60,373 nucleotides of DNA from Lenisia limosa (taxonomy: Eukaryota > Protista > Breviatea): contig LPNZ01009056.1 in the NCBI GenBank assembly GCA_001655205.1, positions 1-60,373 of the forward strand. The letters run 5' to 3'. Position numbers and translations under genes: made by a program. How positions within the stretch are numbered: the first letter of the stretch is position 1; every line of letters starts with the position of its first letter. Of the stretch, positions 13,080 through 26,914 are shown in pieces. The notes beneath the pieces are model-generated. The model was not told the DNA's origin and ran no database searches. It saw only the letters and a program-made list of their open reading frames with translations.

Positions 13080-14510
13080 TTTATCATAACTCCTTTCCCA
13101 GGTTCTCTGCATGCTCATTAAAACAACGAGACTTCTCGCACATACAGAGACGATATTTGCTTTAACCAGTAATGCTGCTGAACCACATATCAACTCTAGA
13201 TCACTTTCCCATTCGTAAGGAGGGGGGGTCAATAACGCCCAATTTATATTACCTATGAAAGATGTGTAGCTATTTTATTCATAAAACAATATGTGATGGG
13301 AGTTATTCTGATAATGGAAAGTATCAACGTTTCAAGTACTTGAACTGTCATGTCAAGCCTACGAATTTCATTTTAATCCACTTTAGGCTCCAACGTCTTC
13401 CAACTACACGCCTAATGTATGTCTGGATTTTTGCTAAGCTTAGCCTAGCTAGTATTTGATCAGCAGAATACATCTTTGATTCAAAATTTTGAGTCATTAT
13501 ACAATTCCATTCTCATTCTTCGAGACTCTTTTGATTCATCGGGGCCAATAAAACTATGAAATCAATTAATGACAATATTGTTTAGCATTGTAGAACCCAT
13601 TCTTCTACAGCTTTCCACCAATCTCATAACTGTAGTGTTTTGCTCCTCCACTCTATGGCGTTCCATTCTCGCCTCGACATTTCCCTTTGGCAGGGATACA
13701 TCAGAATCAATGAGAATGCTGAAGTGGGAGGGAGAAGTTCTAACCAGCAACAGCTTCATGTTTGTCCTTGAAAAAAATTCTCATTTATGCTCAACAAATA
13801 TGCAATAAACACTGTTTTGTTTTGTCTCTATTATTCTTTTTGCAATATCATATGAACTGTAAAAATGATCTTAACTGTTCCTTCTAATTGGTCAGTCCCC
13901 AGTAGAGCTATTGGTTGCACTTATGGACAAAATGGCTGCAGAATCAAGGAAAGCCAATCTTGTATTCCCTGTTGGCGGGTTGGGAGTTAGATTTTCATTG
14001 GCAATACCAGCTCGGGTATCTACTGTTCCTTTTTGCTCAAATGCTTTTGCACCCTTTTCCCCACGTTTATTACACATTTTCGTCAAATCTTGGCTATATC
14101 TAAACTCCTCTACAGAATCAAGCCGACTCTCTTCTGACACTGCATCTTTCCCGGCCGACCACTGTGCTAAGAGGACCTCATACTAACTTCCACGACACTT
14201 CTCCAGACCTTAGCTCCGCATTTGATGTTTGGGGGTACAATGCAGTATTTTGATGTTATTGGGACTTGGTAAATACTGTTATGTTTGTAAGCCTTACTTA
14301 TTGTTTGATATTTGTGATGCTTATTTTGATCTTTATACCATGGCATAATTAAGGTAATGACAAAGGTTTAAGCAAGGTTTTCCAACTTTGATACAATACC
14401 ATGACAGCTTGTATTACATCAGACATTTTGCACTGAAATATTGACGGTGTAGGATGTTTGGGCTCTTGACGCTCTCGACACCTTCCAAAACCCTGTGGTA
14501 TGCTGCGGAT
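13080..14510 (-). pseudogene. Degenerate coding remnant of unknown family (possible SWIM/Cys-rich, transposon-derived)
   Basis: Open stretches broken by stops: WKVSRASRAQTSYTVNISVQNV*CNTSCH; RS*GLEKCRGS*YEVLLAQWSAGKDAVSEESRLDSVEEFRY; KYRLCMCEKSRCFNEH. Confidence 0.3.
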
Positions 14511-14689
14511 ATTATATAAAGTGATTGGATGCACTGTAACAAATAAAGTGATTTAGTGGTAGAAGATAGTATTATTACTTTCCATTTATCATATTGAAGC
14601 AGTTTATACCCATGCATTTAAGGTGTGAGTGATATCATTATGCTTATTCTGCCCCGATGCCTCTCACAGTTGTAGCACCCTTACCCCCA

Positions 14690-15900
14690 TGAACACCCTA
14701 TGGTGAATATCAGTATGCTCACGAATGAATGAAGTTGAAGATTTGAGTAAAAATTGGAACAACGATTTTTTGTGCCACAAGATCATTTCCATTGTTATTT
14801 CACTCACCGCTCAACTCACAGCTGTAATTGACGTCACCCCTCCACATCTATGGGGAACCACTAAAACCCCTGTGGATGAGCCCTACCCTCGAGGCACTCC
14901 TCCAAGGTTAGAGGGGTATTTTCCTGCTGGCCAAATCTAGGATAGTATCATAGGCTTTTACCGGTTTCATCTTCTTTAAATAAATCATTGCCTTCTTTGT
15001 CTATTTATTTGATGTTTTACCTGCAATGGGGGGCCGAAGTGCACTACGGTGCATCGACTTGGGATTCCCTTATATTATTTGGGAATCCCATTTTCTTCAA
15101 ATTTCCATAAAACTGTCTGGGATTTCCATGTAAAATATGGGAATTCCGACGTTTTCACGAGAACTCCAAGTCGATGCGCTATAGTGTGGTTGAATATGTA
15201 CCCTTTTCACTTTTTAGATACTACGTTCTCAATGCACCGATTAATGTAAGCAGTTTTTTTGTTATACTGTAAACATCTCAAAAGAGGTCTTTGTTTAAGG
15301 GCTCTGAAATGATTTAACAAAAGATTTCCACTTTTCTCAAGCATTTAAAACACACCCCCCTCTAACCAGCCACAGCTTCAACCCACACTGTGTACCCCTG
15401 TTGCTGCAGTTATCATGCCGCGAATCCAGCAATGGGACGGTTCCCTGCGATTCCTCTCTATATTGGAAGGTGGGATGTTTTGTGATAAAGGGAGACAAAG
15501 TATCATTTCTGCTCAAAATTGAATGCAGCTTCCCATCACCCAAAGGAAAACCATCTTCTTTCTGCTTTTTTATCGTCAGGTTCAATACCCAACCTAACAC
15601 CAAATGAAACACTTATTCTTTACCCATTGACACAGCAGAAAGCTCGGTGCCCATGATCGCCCATGAACTGAACTGTCCAGCAGGGCCAGTCCAGGCTGGC
15701 TTTAGGGCAGCTCTTGCTTCAGGAGTAAAAGGGGGGGACATATTGCAATAAGATACTTTCCCCCTTGAACGTGAATGTTATTTGTTAAAAAAATTATTGG
15801 ATGAGCGATATTTTTTCACATTCTTCAGCCTGATACGGAAAAGTCACACACCCCTGACGAGCAAGTCCTTGAAACTACACCTTCATTTGAGGGGAGAAAG
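14690..15900 (+). CDS. Multi-exon hypothetical protein fragment
   Basis: GT-AG bounded exons: AVIDVTPPHLWGTTKTPVDEPYPRGTPP (~14822-14905), PQLQPTLCTPVAAVIMPRIQQWDGSLRFLSILEG (~15369), AESSVPMIAHELNCPAGPVQAGFRAALASG (~15635) and PDTEKSHTPDEQVLETTPSFEGRK (~15829-15900). Confidence 0.45.
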
Positions 15901-15976
15901 GTCGGTTTGCAAATATATTTTTAAAGTTGCATTCAATCAATGATGATTTGAGTCAGATTGTATTGTACAATCGATT

Positions 15977-18900
15977 TTATTTTCTTACTCTAAAGCCACG
16001 AGGTAAGAAGTACAAAAACCGAAAACTTGTGGATATCACTGCAGACATGTCTAATCTTAAAATGGTGTAAAACACCTCATATTTATTGTTTTGTTTCTTT
16101 TTTTTGCTCTTTTGTTTCTGAACTTTTCTGTACTGTTCCTGATAGTGAAGTTTACGTTTACTAGCACGATAGGTATCATGTATCATTACAGAAGAATGCA
16201 CAATAGTCATTTTCACCCTTTCGTTCCCCACTTCCACTTCGTGAAACAAAACCAAATTTGAATTAATGGCTCAGAGTTCTAAAGACTAATATATTTACAA
16301 ACGTCCAATAAATAAAATATACAAACAAAAACTGTGGAGGTTCAAATAATACAATAATAACTATGGTAAATAATATGAGCAATTCAGCTTGCAGCTAACA
16401 TGCCGCCAAGGAAACATGCAACAATAGTGAAGATAATTGTCCGAATAACTCGGAAGCAAACAGAGTTGTCGTATTCGTCTTCAGTGTATGTGTGGATGCA
16501 TATGTACAACGATCCAACTATCACAACAAGAGTCAAGCTAAAAAGTTAATGATCTGAAGTAAAAGCCTGCTTCGATATAAAACATTGAGATTAACCGAAT
16601 TGCAATTGTTTTTATCGTGTAAGAGAGAAGTTGAAAAACTATTTTGTGAAATCAGCATACCAGCACCATCATCTATCATCACAACAAGACTGAATTCCTG
16701 GATACAACCTCGAAAAACAGCAATTTGCTACCTCCCTACAATATGGAAAGGTAGTGATAAGCAAGTTCATCTTTGGACTCGTCATTTTCACCTACAATAT
16801 TAAAAAGTCACCGAATGGAAAGTTGTACGTTGCTCTTTGTGGTGAGATATATCATATACTGAGTTGTTCCTTGAAAAAAAAAACTATTAATTTTCACACG
16901 AATGAAGAAAACCACCACAAACCAAGATGATTGACCAGTGCCAAAGCGAGAAGAGAAATAAAGGACATTGAGAGAACCGTGTTGACCCAGTCTAGTGAAA
17001 AAATTACATTGGTACTGACGTAAAGGTTTCTGTTGAACATATTTTCTGCCACTTTCAAAATTTACAACACCCCCACCATTCTCCCACCATCCTTCACTCC
17101 CCAATTCCAAATCGCCACTCACGGACACTACATGGTCGATTGAAGCTTGAAATGGTGTAGATCAGAACAATTACCACTGTCACGTATTTCAATGACTTGG
17201 AGGCTTCGAAGAACATGGTCGACATTAAAAGAGTCTAAAGAGTTAATGATGATCGTTTTTTGATACGTTAAAAGCCAATCTTCTTGAACTGGATTCGAAA
17301 AGCTCAACAGATTTGAATAGTATTTATAATTGTGGGACTTCTTTCGAGTTTACGAGGAGTTATCGAATACTAACCTCTTTTAGGGACTATAAAGCAGCCC
17401 AAGTTATTTTATCACATCAAGCAGACATAAAACAAAAACAAATGGCACTTGTAACTAAAGTGCCTACCGAGAGAGTGATTCTCAGTACAATGTACCAAGC
17501 AAAGTACTCAGGGGTGGGACTCCTTTGCTAAAATTTCAGCACAGAAAAAGTAAGAGCATATAGACAAAGCAATTCTGATTTAATATGAATAGATAGGGAT
17601 CTAGCGAAATTTACAGGTCTTCCAAATTTTTTTTAACCGGAGTCAAATACCGAATTGATGCGCTGTTGGAAATGGAATAATGCTGACTCACCTGTTTTTC
17701 CCGTTCCTCCAAGGATCGACTTCGGCAATGAACCCGAATCTTGAGGGTGAGCTCTTGGTGGCTTTGAATTGCCAATTATGAACACGAAAGTGTCAGATTT
17801 TTGGAAATTCTACTTACACATCTTGAAAATATATTATTACGAGGTGAATTCCCCTAAAAGTAAGGTGTATCAACTCTAGAATGTTATTTCGTATCATTCG
17901 CAAGCCATACTTACCTGTTTGAAATATGTCTGAACAATATAAACCGAAACGCTAATGGCAATAACGAAGGGCACTACTTGTTTAAATGTGTGAATGAAAT
18001 GACTTCGTACACAATGATAATTGCAAATAAAAAAATAAAATATTGTGAAATATTGTGTTAAAATAAACTGGGTGGTTCTCACCAATTGTTCCTCCAAAGG
18101 AATAGTCAGCAGCAGTGTAATCAAGGCAAGCCCATCCTTAAACAGATCACGATTTCAAGGTATAAAATAGTGCAGCTCATTTTAAACATCACAACATATT
18201 ACCAGGATTGCGACAGAATATAATATAAACCAAACAAGTATATAAGGCTGAATCGTGAATCTTTCACTTGGATTACCATTATAATGATCTGATTTTGAGA
18301 GAGTCATAGGTCCCTCATCAGAATGGGAGAGATTGATCCTTGTGCAGGCAAGAAGTTGAAAACAAGCCTTCAGAGTCGGGAGGAAAAATACATCCGTTCT
18401 ATACCATGTTAGTTATGTCGGAACAATCAAAATGTCAAAGGATGAGGGGTGTAAGTTTAAGATTGTTTTTTGACAAATTTAGCCTTCTTACATTTGCACG
18501 ATATTCTCCTCGGTTTTTCGGGATGCGATAACCTAAGGAGGTCAATATCGTAATAATTGGGTCAGAGAAAAATTGTTTGGTGAGTTAATCTAAGGTTTGA
18601 CTGAAAAGTGTACCACACTCCATCCCATCAATGCTGCAATATGTGGAAAATGAAACAGGAGGAGCCGCCACAAACACTCAAGGCCCCGATTTGGGCAAGA
18701 AGTATGGCTGTCCACATAAAAATGTCCGAAGTTACTCCAAGCCCGACATCAAGAGAGCCAAAGTCCAGTGTAGCCCATTTGAACAAATTACTGAGTATAA
18801 ACTTGTCAAGGTACTAGATGGTGAGAGATTGTTTACTAAAAATGAGAATTTACTGTTTCACCATCATACATAGTTTTTTCCAAGATTTTCCTGAAGCGAT

Positions 18901-21900
18901 GCGAACTGAAGCCAGATAATTATCAACTTCACAAAAAAGAGGATATTTCTGACACTAAACGTATACGCGAGGCGGGAGGGCTGTGTAAGTCAAGATCAGT
19001 ATTACCAAAGGATGATTTTCAGCTCAGTAAATCCAAACCATTTCATAAATGCCAAAAAACAAACCAAGTCAACAATGGATGAGACATGCATCGTAGCATG
19101 CGCCAGCACTAATCCGACACCGACCGAAAGAGGCAGGAGAACCAAAACTCTGAAAAGTGTCAGAATAATAAAATATACCGTAATGAAAACAGTTAATGAA
19201 TTTGCAATTTTAGTATAAAAACACTTAGCGCAACTTACATGTAAAAAACGATCGTGCTGAAATTGGAATACGAAGTGATCTGTACTTCAACCCACTCAAC
19301 CTAACAGATTGTGGAGGGGATTACTGGAACAGCATATGACAAAATCAAGAATCTGACGAACCCATATGCATTAATTTTTATTGCTAACTTAATGTAAACA
19401 TATTTATGAACATTCAAGAGTGTAAACGCAAGAACATTTAGGATAGGTGTGAAATATTTCATGTAATCGGATTCAATAATGTTTATGAACCCGAAAAAAT
19501 ATGTCTTTAAAACTTCACAAAAATCTGTGTGCCACTCAGCTTACGATAATGTCTCCGGAATCAAAGGATGAGCTAGGGACTAGAGATATTACAACAACAC
19601 TGAGAGAAGGAATGAACAACATCCCGCAGGAATGATTTTGAAGTTTCCATAATATAATGTGGTTGATTTACTGCTGCTATTGTAGAAAGTTGTAAGTTAC
19701 CTTATTTCTTATCAGTTGAACAACAATCGAGATTTTTATGAATTTGAATTAAGGCAAAAGTGAATCACTCACTTGGGGTTTTGTCAGGTCCGATTGACAA
19801 AAAGCCAATAGCTTCATTTCCACTCGTTGATTTGATAACTGGATTACTATACTTCCTGATAGCATTAACATTCATCTAATAATGATTTTAGGAACTTGCA
19901 TGTTACATAATATGAAGCCAAAAAATGAAACCAGTCAAACTGTGAACAAAGAGTCATTCTAAAAATGCAATTATGTTTACTATTCATCATAGTTCCTCAC
20001 GGAGTCACTTCAAAGCGGTCAATTTCCGTAAACGTATACTTGTCAGACGTCTAGAAACGTTATTTTCCAAAGAGTATAAGGCAGAATTGCATTCCAAACA
20101 AGTGATTACCCACTTACACCCTTTGTTTCTGCAAAAAAGTAGATTGATGAATCCTCAATTCCATTGTTGGAATATGACATAAATACGTTGCCTTGTTTGA
20201 ACCTGAAATGTACTTATGAAACTGCGAAAATTGAAACAAATAAGTATCAATATTCATAAAGTAACTGGTAGTTTGAATGGTAATTTAACAGAGTTTGGCA
20301 ATTTGATTAGAAAACTCTAATCAAATATGGAATACTGAAAGCTCAATATTGAAGATGAGATGAGAATATCAAAAGGCTACCATGTTACCAACATGTTCTG
20401 AGGATTCTTCATAACTTCTTGAGACGTCCACGAGAACAGCTTCGGGTCCCTATCTGATGTTTCCGCCATGGACCCATTGGTATTCTAATGTACGTCAATG
20501 TTGTAAAGCAGTGGCATAATAGGTTGAATGTGATACTTGAAGTAAATTTCAAGGAACATAAATATGTATACATTTCGTTATTCGCTTAATATTCCCATCG
20601 GTAAACTATAAATGACCACAGTGTGGGCAAGGTGACTATTATCAATCTTACGCTGAAGTCGTAGATTTGATAGAGGCACTCGGCGAGCTGAACGGGTTCC
20701 GTGTTATTGGAAAAAAGACTTCGCTTCAGACTAAAAAGTTACCCTCAATGATACAACTACTACATTTGAACAGACGTATGAATCAATATAAGGGAGCAAA
20801 TAGGTTATAGATAATGATATTCGAAATAACTGGATGACCATACCTGGCGTATTGATCATGGGTATCAGTCAGAGTTATCATGGTTGACGGGAAGGAATTC
20901 TTAGATGTTTGACGGTCAATTAAGTTGTTGGATAATGTCGACTGTAGCTGGTAAGAACCACATGTAGAAGTGCTTTGAAAGTTCGTATCTTGAAAATAAA
21001 CATCAAATATTGTCCAACTTCCAAAGAAAATTCCTCCCTCAAACATGGAATGAAGAATGCGCAACTGTGTGGGAATTCACTCGGACAAATTCTATATCTT
21101 AAAAACGACAAACCATTAGAATTGAACAAGAATTTCTGTAAATGGGGGTACACACAATGTCAAATTATCTCAGTATCCTTACCGGCCTCATCAGAAGCAC
21201 CAATGTAACGAGGTGCGAGAGTTAAATCATACTTAGAACACGTCTAAACATTAAGTGCGAAATATTATCATAGATCTCTATATTAGTGCAGGTAAAAATG
21301 GTTCCCCCAGAAACATTGGTGGAAGAAAAAAAAACTGTCGCATTATACACATTGCTCGAAAAATTTTAATGAGTTAAAAATGGTTGCAATTGATTAGAAT
21401 TGATTGAATGCAATGTGTAAAAATAACGTACTTCTGGTGAATTGCTGCATGTTCTACTCCATTTGTAGTCATCGAATACCTAAAATATCAAATTTAAAGC
21501 AAAAATAAAAATTCTCAAAATATTGGTTTTTTGTCATGTAAGAATAATGATGATACCCAATCATACGACTGTCGGAGTGAAATTATCATCTAAGCCTTCA
21601 TAAACACATAAGTTGCCCGCGATAATCTAAAGCATAACGGAAATATAATCTTGTTCTTTACATTTGAAAATACTTATCATATTGTGCTATATCAAACATA
21701 CATATATGTATGTAGTACATGTATATGCTATATCAGATCGATATGCATATCATATCATATCATATACAATATGATATGGTAAATATATTATTACACTGTG
21801 TCATAATATGATATGGTAAATATATTATTACACTGTGTCATAATATGATATGATAATTTTAATCCTCAAATAGGATGATATTCTATTTTCTACCAGATTT

Positions 21901-24900
21901 AGTATTACATATGCAATAATAATATCAGAAAACCCACAGCTTTATTGTTGCATTTTTTCACGTTACCAAGAATGTCCTACATGACAATTAATGAAGAAGA
22001 GGGCAGTGAGACATACGTTGAGAAAAATTCATACTATGGTAGATTATAAACTTAAAAAATAATTAAAAACCAAAAACTAACACAAAGCTAAATTGCAAAC
22101 CTGGGTAGAGTTAAAGTATTGGACAAGTTTCACTTCGTAAGTTGTCTGCTGTGGGCCAGTTGAGTTGTAAAGATCTGGAGAGGAAGTGTAAATAGGCCGG
22201 TCAAAGAGTTAGTGTATTGGTACACAATGAATAGCTTCTGTATCCAATACACACACAACAAAAAACTGAAATACCAAAAGATATAGCATGAAAGCGCAAT
22301 TTCAATCTTTCAAAAACAATTTCAATCATAAATTTATTCAACAAAGAAATACTCAAAAGAAGAAAAACAGTATGGATGCTTGGAGCTGATTTTCAAAAAT
22401 AAGCACCTCAATTCCAATATGAAGCAATCATTTAGGATAAATCATATCGGTGAAGAAAGTAAAAAAAAATACTGGGACTGAGACAAAAAAAAAGAACACC
22501 AAAGGGCTTGCTTGTAGTAATGATATATATTTAATAGTCAAAATAGTTCAAACAACGGAAATGAATGCAATTTGCGTAGTACCAACCTTGGAGATCAGAA
22601 GAAGTAACATCTGAGAAACGACACTTGGCATCAAAAACAGTTACGTGGTTGACTGTGCCTGAAACTAAGGTGTAACAATAAAAAAATAGCTTCATCATGC
22701 AGTAGAAACCAAATTCCTGATTATAATCAAAAGTAGCCCAACAACAGGACATTGAATTGAATATGAGTTGGATACCAGATTTAGTGATCAAGTAACAATA
22801 ATGAATATCATTGATATACTGTATGTTACATAATTTATTTACAATAAAGTTCAAAATATTATGTACCAGATGTGGCAACATCTATTGCTGATATATTTGC
22901 ATGCATAGGTCAAACAGGGGAAATTCTACCTTGAAGGGAATGGAAGTCGGCACGAAGTGTGACACACATTTCATCATCTTTGGCAAACACATCATGGTGA
23001 ATCTAATGGAATAAATTTTAGCAGTGTCTAAAATAGTAATAAAGAGCATTTAGAAAATAACATTATTTATCCATTGTAAAAAAACCATACTGAAGCCTCA
23101 AGAGGTTGACTGGCAGCAGCACTGTCGATTAACGCTTTGTTTTCGTTATACCTGAATTATAATCAACTTGTAAATCAAAATCAGTAAAACGATCCGAATA
23201 AAGAGAGTCTATCATAGGCAAGTAAGCACTCAACGTACATTTTGGAGACACTGGAGAAAGCGAATTCATTGGTATCCTGGAATATAAATAACAAAAACAC
23301 AAGCCAGTCATCAAAACAACCACCTACACCAAATTCCAATCTGTGGAAAGGAAGAATTTTAACCGATAGTAGTACAATGAGAAGAGGGATTGGTATTGCG
23401 ATGAGCGCCGTGAAATACCCAGAGGACCAAGGTTCATCCGTAACCTCGTCAATGCATTTGGTATCACATAGACCTTTGTTCAGCTTCTACTATCATTACA
23501 ACAAAGTTCCAAAGTATATTAATAGTGATTTATTGAATTAAGTGGAAGAGAATGTTGTCTCCACCATGACAAATGAACATTAAAATAACAAATCAAAAAG
23601 TCCCCAGCATATACAGTTTTCTATGATATCTGATGATACAATGTAATATCTTAAATGAAATGCTTGAAGACAAAACAGTACCGTCAATCAATCATAGACA
23701 GTTTCACTCACAATTATAACAACCGCCAATTTGATAAGGCAAATCACAGCAAGGGTGATCAGAGGATACCACAGATTCATTCGAAATGGGTCAGAAGAGA
23801 CTAAGGAGGTGAGAAGGTTCTGTAATTTGATTATGTGCTTCAAAAATCTCATTGCAAATGGACAAATCAAGTTGAACCTTATCATAAAATCGATTGCATA
23901 CCTCGATACTGGAAAGTTTGAGAGGTCACCTTCACGAGATGCTTCAGGAAGCTCTGATGAGTTAATTATCTGTATTGCAATATTACTTTGAAAGAAAGAG
24001 AATATTGTTTAAATTTATTCTTTAGAAAAGAACCCATGTAAAGAAGTGTTGGTTTCACTTCCTCAATTTAATGCCAATATATTAATAATATGATATAATA
24101 TATATACAGTATATATATGTATTGCTTTTGCGAAAAAAACGTACAGAAACATCATCTTTTGACGTCTGAGTTTGCATGAGTGAAACAACAGTGAAACTCC
24201 TGGGCATCCCTATATTTGTAAGGTGGCTGTGAAAATAATGAGCAGCGACCACAGAAAAGATTGAAAAGTGATGCGAGGAATATTAAAATTATATCCTAAT
24301 TGCAAGAAATGTTGCAGTTTCCAGCATACCAATTTTACTGTGGGTGTTCTTCCAAGTAGCTTTATCGCCAAAAAACTCGGTATCAATCTGGGTGTCATTA
24401 GTTTGATAGAGAATTTTATAAACAAACACACAATAACAAAAAAATTGATTTTCTGTCATAGTGTGTAAGGAAAGGTTCAATTGAATCCAGCAATAAAACA
24501 TTGAAGTTTGATACCTGATTCAATAGTAGTAATAAAAATCCCACGCTTGCAAAATCGGTGCTGTTTTGGAGAGAAACGCTTCCATCTTCACTTTCTTTAT
24601 CAATTAAAACAATCCTATACTTCATATCAAACATATATTTACTGTGTATATATCACCCACCGCCAAAAGGTCCCAGCAAATTGAAAGAGTAGGGTTAAAG
24701 AACTGCAATACATATGATATTTTCTAGGAAATACCATGTGTTTAAATGTATACCCCAAGTCTACCTAAGGCAAGCACCAAGTATGTTGGGCCAAGACTAA
24801 TGAGAATTCCAAATGATTGATATCTTTCTTCAGGAAGGCTCTATATAGTAAGATGAGGTATTTGAAAAAGACAAATTTGGAAAACAGCTCAGCATACCAA

Positions 24901-25790
24901 TGAAAGTTCTTTGTTTAGAGAAGCCCCAAATGTCAGAATCAACTGAAATGTAAGTTTTCAAAAAAACCTAGGGATTGAATTCCATCCAATATCTTATTAT
25001 TCCCGATCGAATAGCTGTTAAGAAAACACTATCAGCAACCAAACCACAAACTCTGTGATAAATGGATAGCTTTATTCCATCATAGTTGTCTGAACAAATA
25101 AGAACGATATAGGATTAAACACATTTATCTTACCATTTTGAAGGATTATTCCTGAGGAATCCATGAGCCCCATGATGAATAAGGTGATTCCCTGATTAAC
25201 TGGTGATCCATCTCCGTTCCACTAAGATTGATAAATGATATTAACAAAGTTTACCACACCCCAAAGAATATCAGCTATGTACCATAACACGCCCAATCAA
25301 AGCACTGACATTTACAGGGCCGAATATCGACTCATAAAAAACACCAGAAGTATCGAAGTACTTGTTTTTGATGATGAAGTCGTCCGTAAAAGGCGCCTTA
25401 AGTTATTAACAAGGTGGCCACAAATACTGAACTACAGCTCTCAAGATCAAATAAAAATCAGCCAGACGGGTCAACATTTTCCAACACAACAAAAATAAAA
25501 CGATATTATTCTGAATTATAATGGGATGTGAATATATTACGAGGAAAGTAACCCATAGTTACCTCATTTTCTTTTGAAGAACATCCTGTTGAGCCAAAGA
25601 GGGAAACTGAAGCACACTCCATCTGGTTTAGGAATAAAAATCAAGCCAAATAAACCAATAGTTCATACAGCTTCCAAGGAAAAATAGATTCATCTCGTGG
25701 AGCTGTTATCCTACCTCCCCAAAATAGCTGTACCCTGAGTTTCCTTCAGTAGCCCAGTAAGGAACAAAGAGAAGAGGACCTGTAAAGAGT
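15977..25790 (-). pseudogene. AT-rich decayed surface/membrane protein gene(s) with several TM-like segments
   Basis: Exon-like pieces with splice signals include hydrophobic helices: IIFTIVACFLGGMLAAS*IAHII (~16400), WVNTVLSMSFISLLALALV (~16950), YFAWYIVLRITLSVGTLVTSAICF (~17470), LLPLSVGVGLVLAHA (~19120) and GYFTALIAIPIPLLIVLLS (~23390). Extracellular-like exons with N-x-S/T sites are also present. Several in-frame stops lie inside apparent exons. Confidence 0.45.
21768..21852. repeat. Perfect 37-bp tandem duplication
   Basis: aatatgatatggtaaatatattattacactgtgtcat twice, plus a partial third copy. Confidence 0.95.
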
Positions 25791-25837
25791 GTGTGAAAAG
25801 ATTCAGTACATTAATACGTGAAATGCAGTAACGTTTC

Positions 25838-25960
25838 GTGAGCAAGAATTGAGATGAATAACCCCCATTGTCCATTGTCTTCTCAAGAAATTAACAGATT
25901 ATGTCAAAATATTGATTTTTACCCGATTATATGGAAAAAGGAAAAAAGGTGGAGGGTCCA
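25838..25960 (+). repeat. ~125 bp direct repeat, copy A
   Basis: gtgagcaagaattgagatgaataa..tgtccattgtcttctc..aagaaattaaca..attatgtcaaaatattgatttttacccgattata..aaaaaggtggagg(g)tcca; recurs at 26787-26914. Confidence 0.95.
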
Positions 25961-26002
25961 TGATATGAGGTGAGAATCACGGGGTTTTGTTACAAAAAGG
26001 TA

Positions 26003-26645
26003 TTATATCCATGAATTGACCGCCCTTACGCTTCTCTTCAGAAAGAAATGCTGCCTTAATCTCGGCATTATAACAGGCAAGGTGGTCACGTGAACTGCAT
26101 TGTTACAATAGGTAAAGCAAGTACATTTGATACAACAACAAAAACAAAGACAATGCAACCTATACAGGCAATACCTGAAATATTGACAAGTAACGGTATC
26201 CAAACCCACTATTTTTTCTCAGAGGGATTGGGAATGGTGTCTTCGACAACAGGACATTCAAGATCAAATGTCTAAAAATTCATAATCATTTTTTTCTTTT
26301 GAAAAGAATGATCTCAAATAATTCCATTTATACATGTACTCAAGAGATTATCAAAACCCACTTCAAAGCTTGCAGAGTGACAAACATAGGTTTCTTCAGA
26401 ACAACCTTGACACGTGTCTTGTTCCTTTCATATGTGAAGAAATAGAAACGGAGAAATGAAAGGGGGAAGCAGCAACAAAAGACAAGAGAAACAAAAGTTT
26501 CCACTGTAGTCAACCGTCTTTATTCTTCCTTGAGTTTTCAAAGAAATGATCCCACAATTCAACCATTCCCTACAGAATAGGTATTTGAGGGACAGTACTG
26601 ACACGAGCCGCTGAGATCGGCTTGAAGCATGCCACATTCTAATGA
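26003..26645 (-). pseudogene. Cys-rich repeat plus single-TM (type I receptor-like) remnant
   Basis: Reads SGSCQYCPSNTYSVGNG*, then QDTCQGCSEETY (CxxCPxxTY, GCC2_GCC3/ephrin-receptor-like), then ECPVVEDTIPNPSEKK*WVWIPLLVNISGIACIGCIVFVFVVV (TM; TAG at 26209-26211). Confidence 0.55.
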
Positions 26646-26786
26646 AGAGCAATCTTAATTTTGTATTTCAAAAGGTACTATAATACACAGTATCGTTCCC
26701 TTCACTTCTCAACTACCCCAAACCAGCACCATTTCACCCCGCTAATTAGCGTCACCATTATCCCCTCACCCACCACCAATGACACT

Positions 26787-26914
26787 GTGAGCAAGAATTG
26801 AGATGAATAATTTCCCACTGTCCATTGTCTTCTCTCAAGAAATTAACAAATTATGTCAAAATATTGATTTTTACCCGATTATATTACGAAAAAAGGTAAA
26901 AAGGTGGAGGTCCA
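26787..26914 (+). repeat. ~125 bp direct repeat, copy B
   Basis: Near-identical to 25838-25960 with a few substitutions and indels. Confidence 0.95.

Noticed and set aside
18340-18873. Plus-strand ORFs as a MULE-like transposase
   Set aside because: No DDE or TIR evidence; the minus strand gives TM-like coding that fits the surrounding region.
15977-26645. Alternative genetic code (TGA=Trp or TAR=Gln) to explain the in-frame stops
   Set aside because: The POLD2 exons and the UBA-gene chain have no in-frame stops and use TGG for Trp. The Tc1 ORF ends at TGA after the canonical TKY, and the C1q-like gene ends at TAG. All three stop types occur in the decayed regions, which fits pseudogene decay better.
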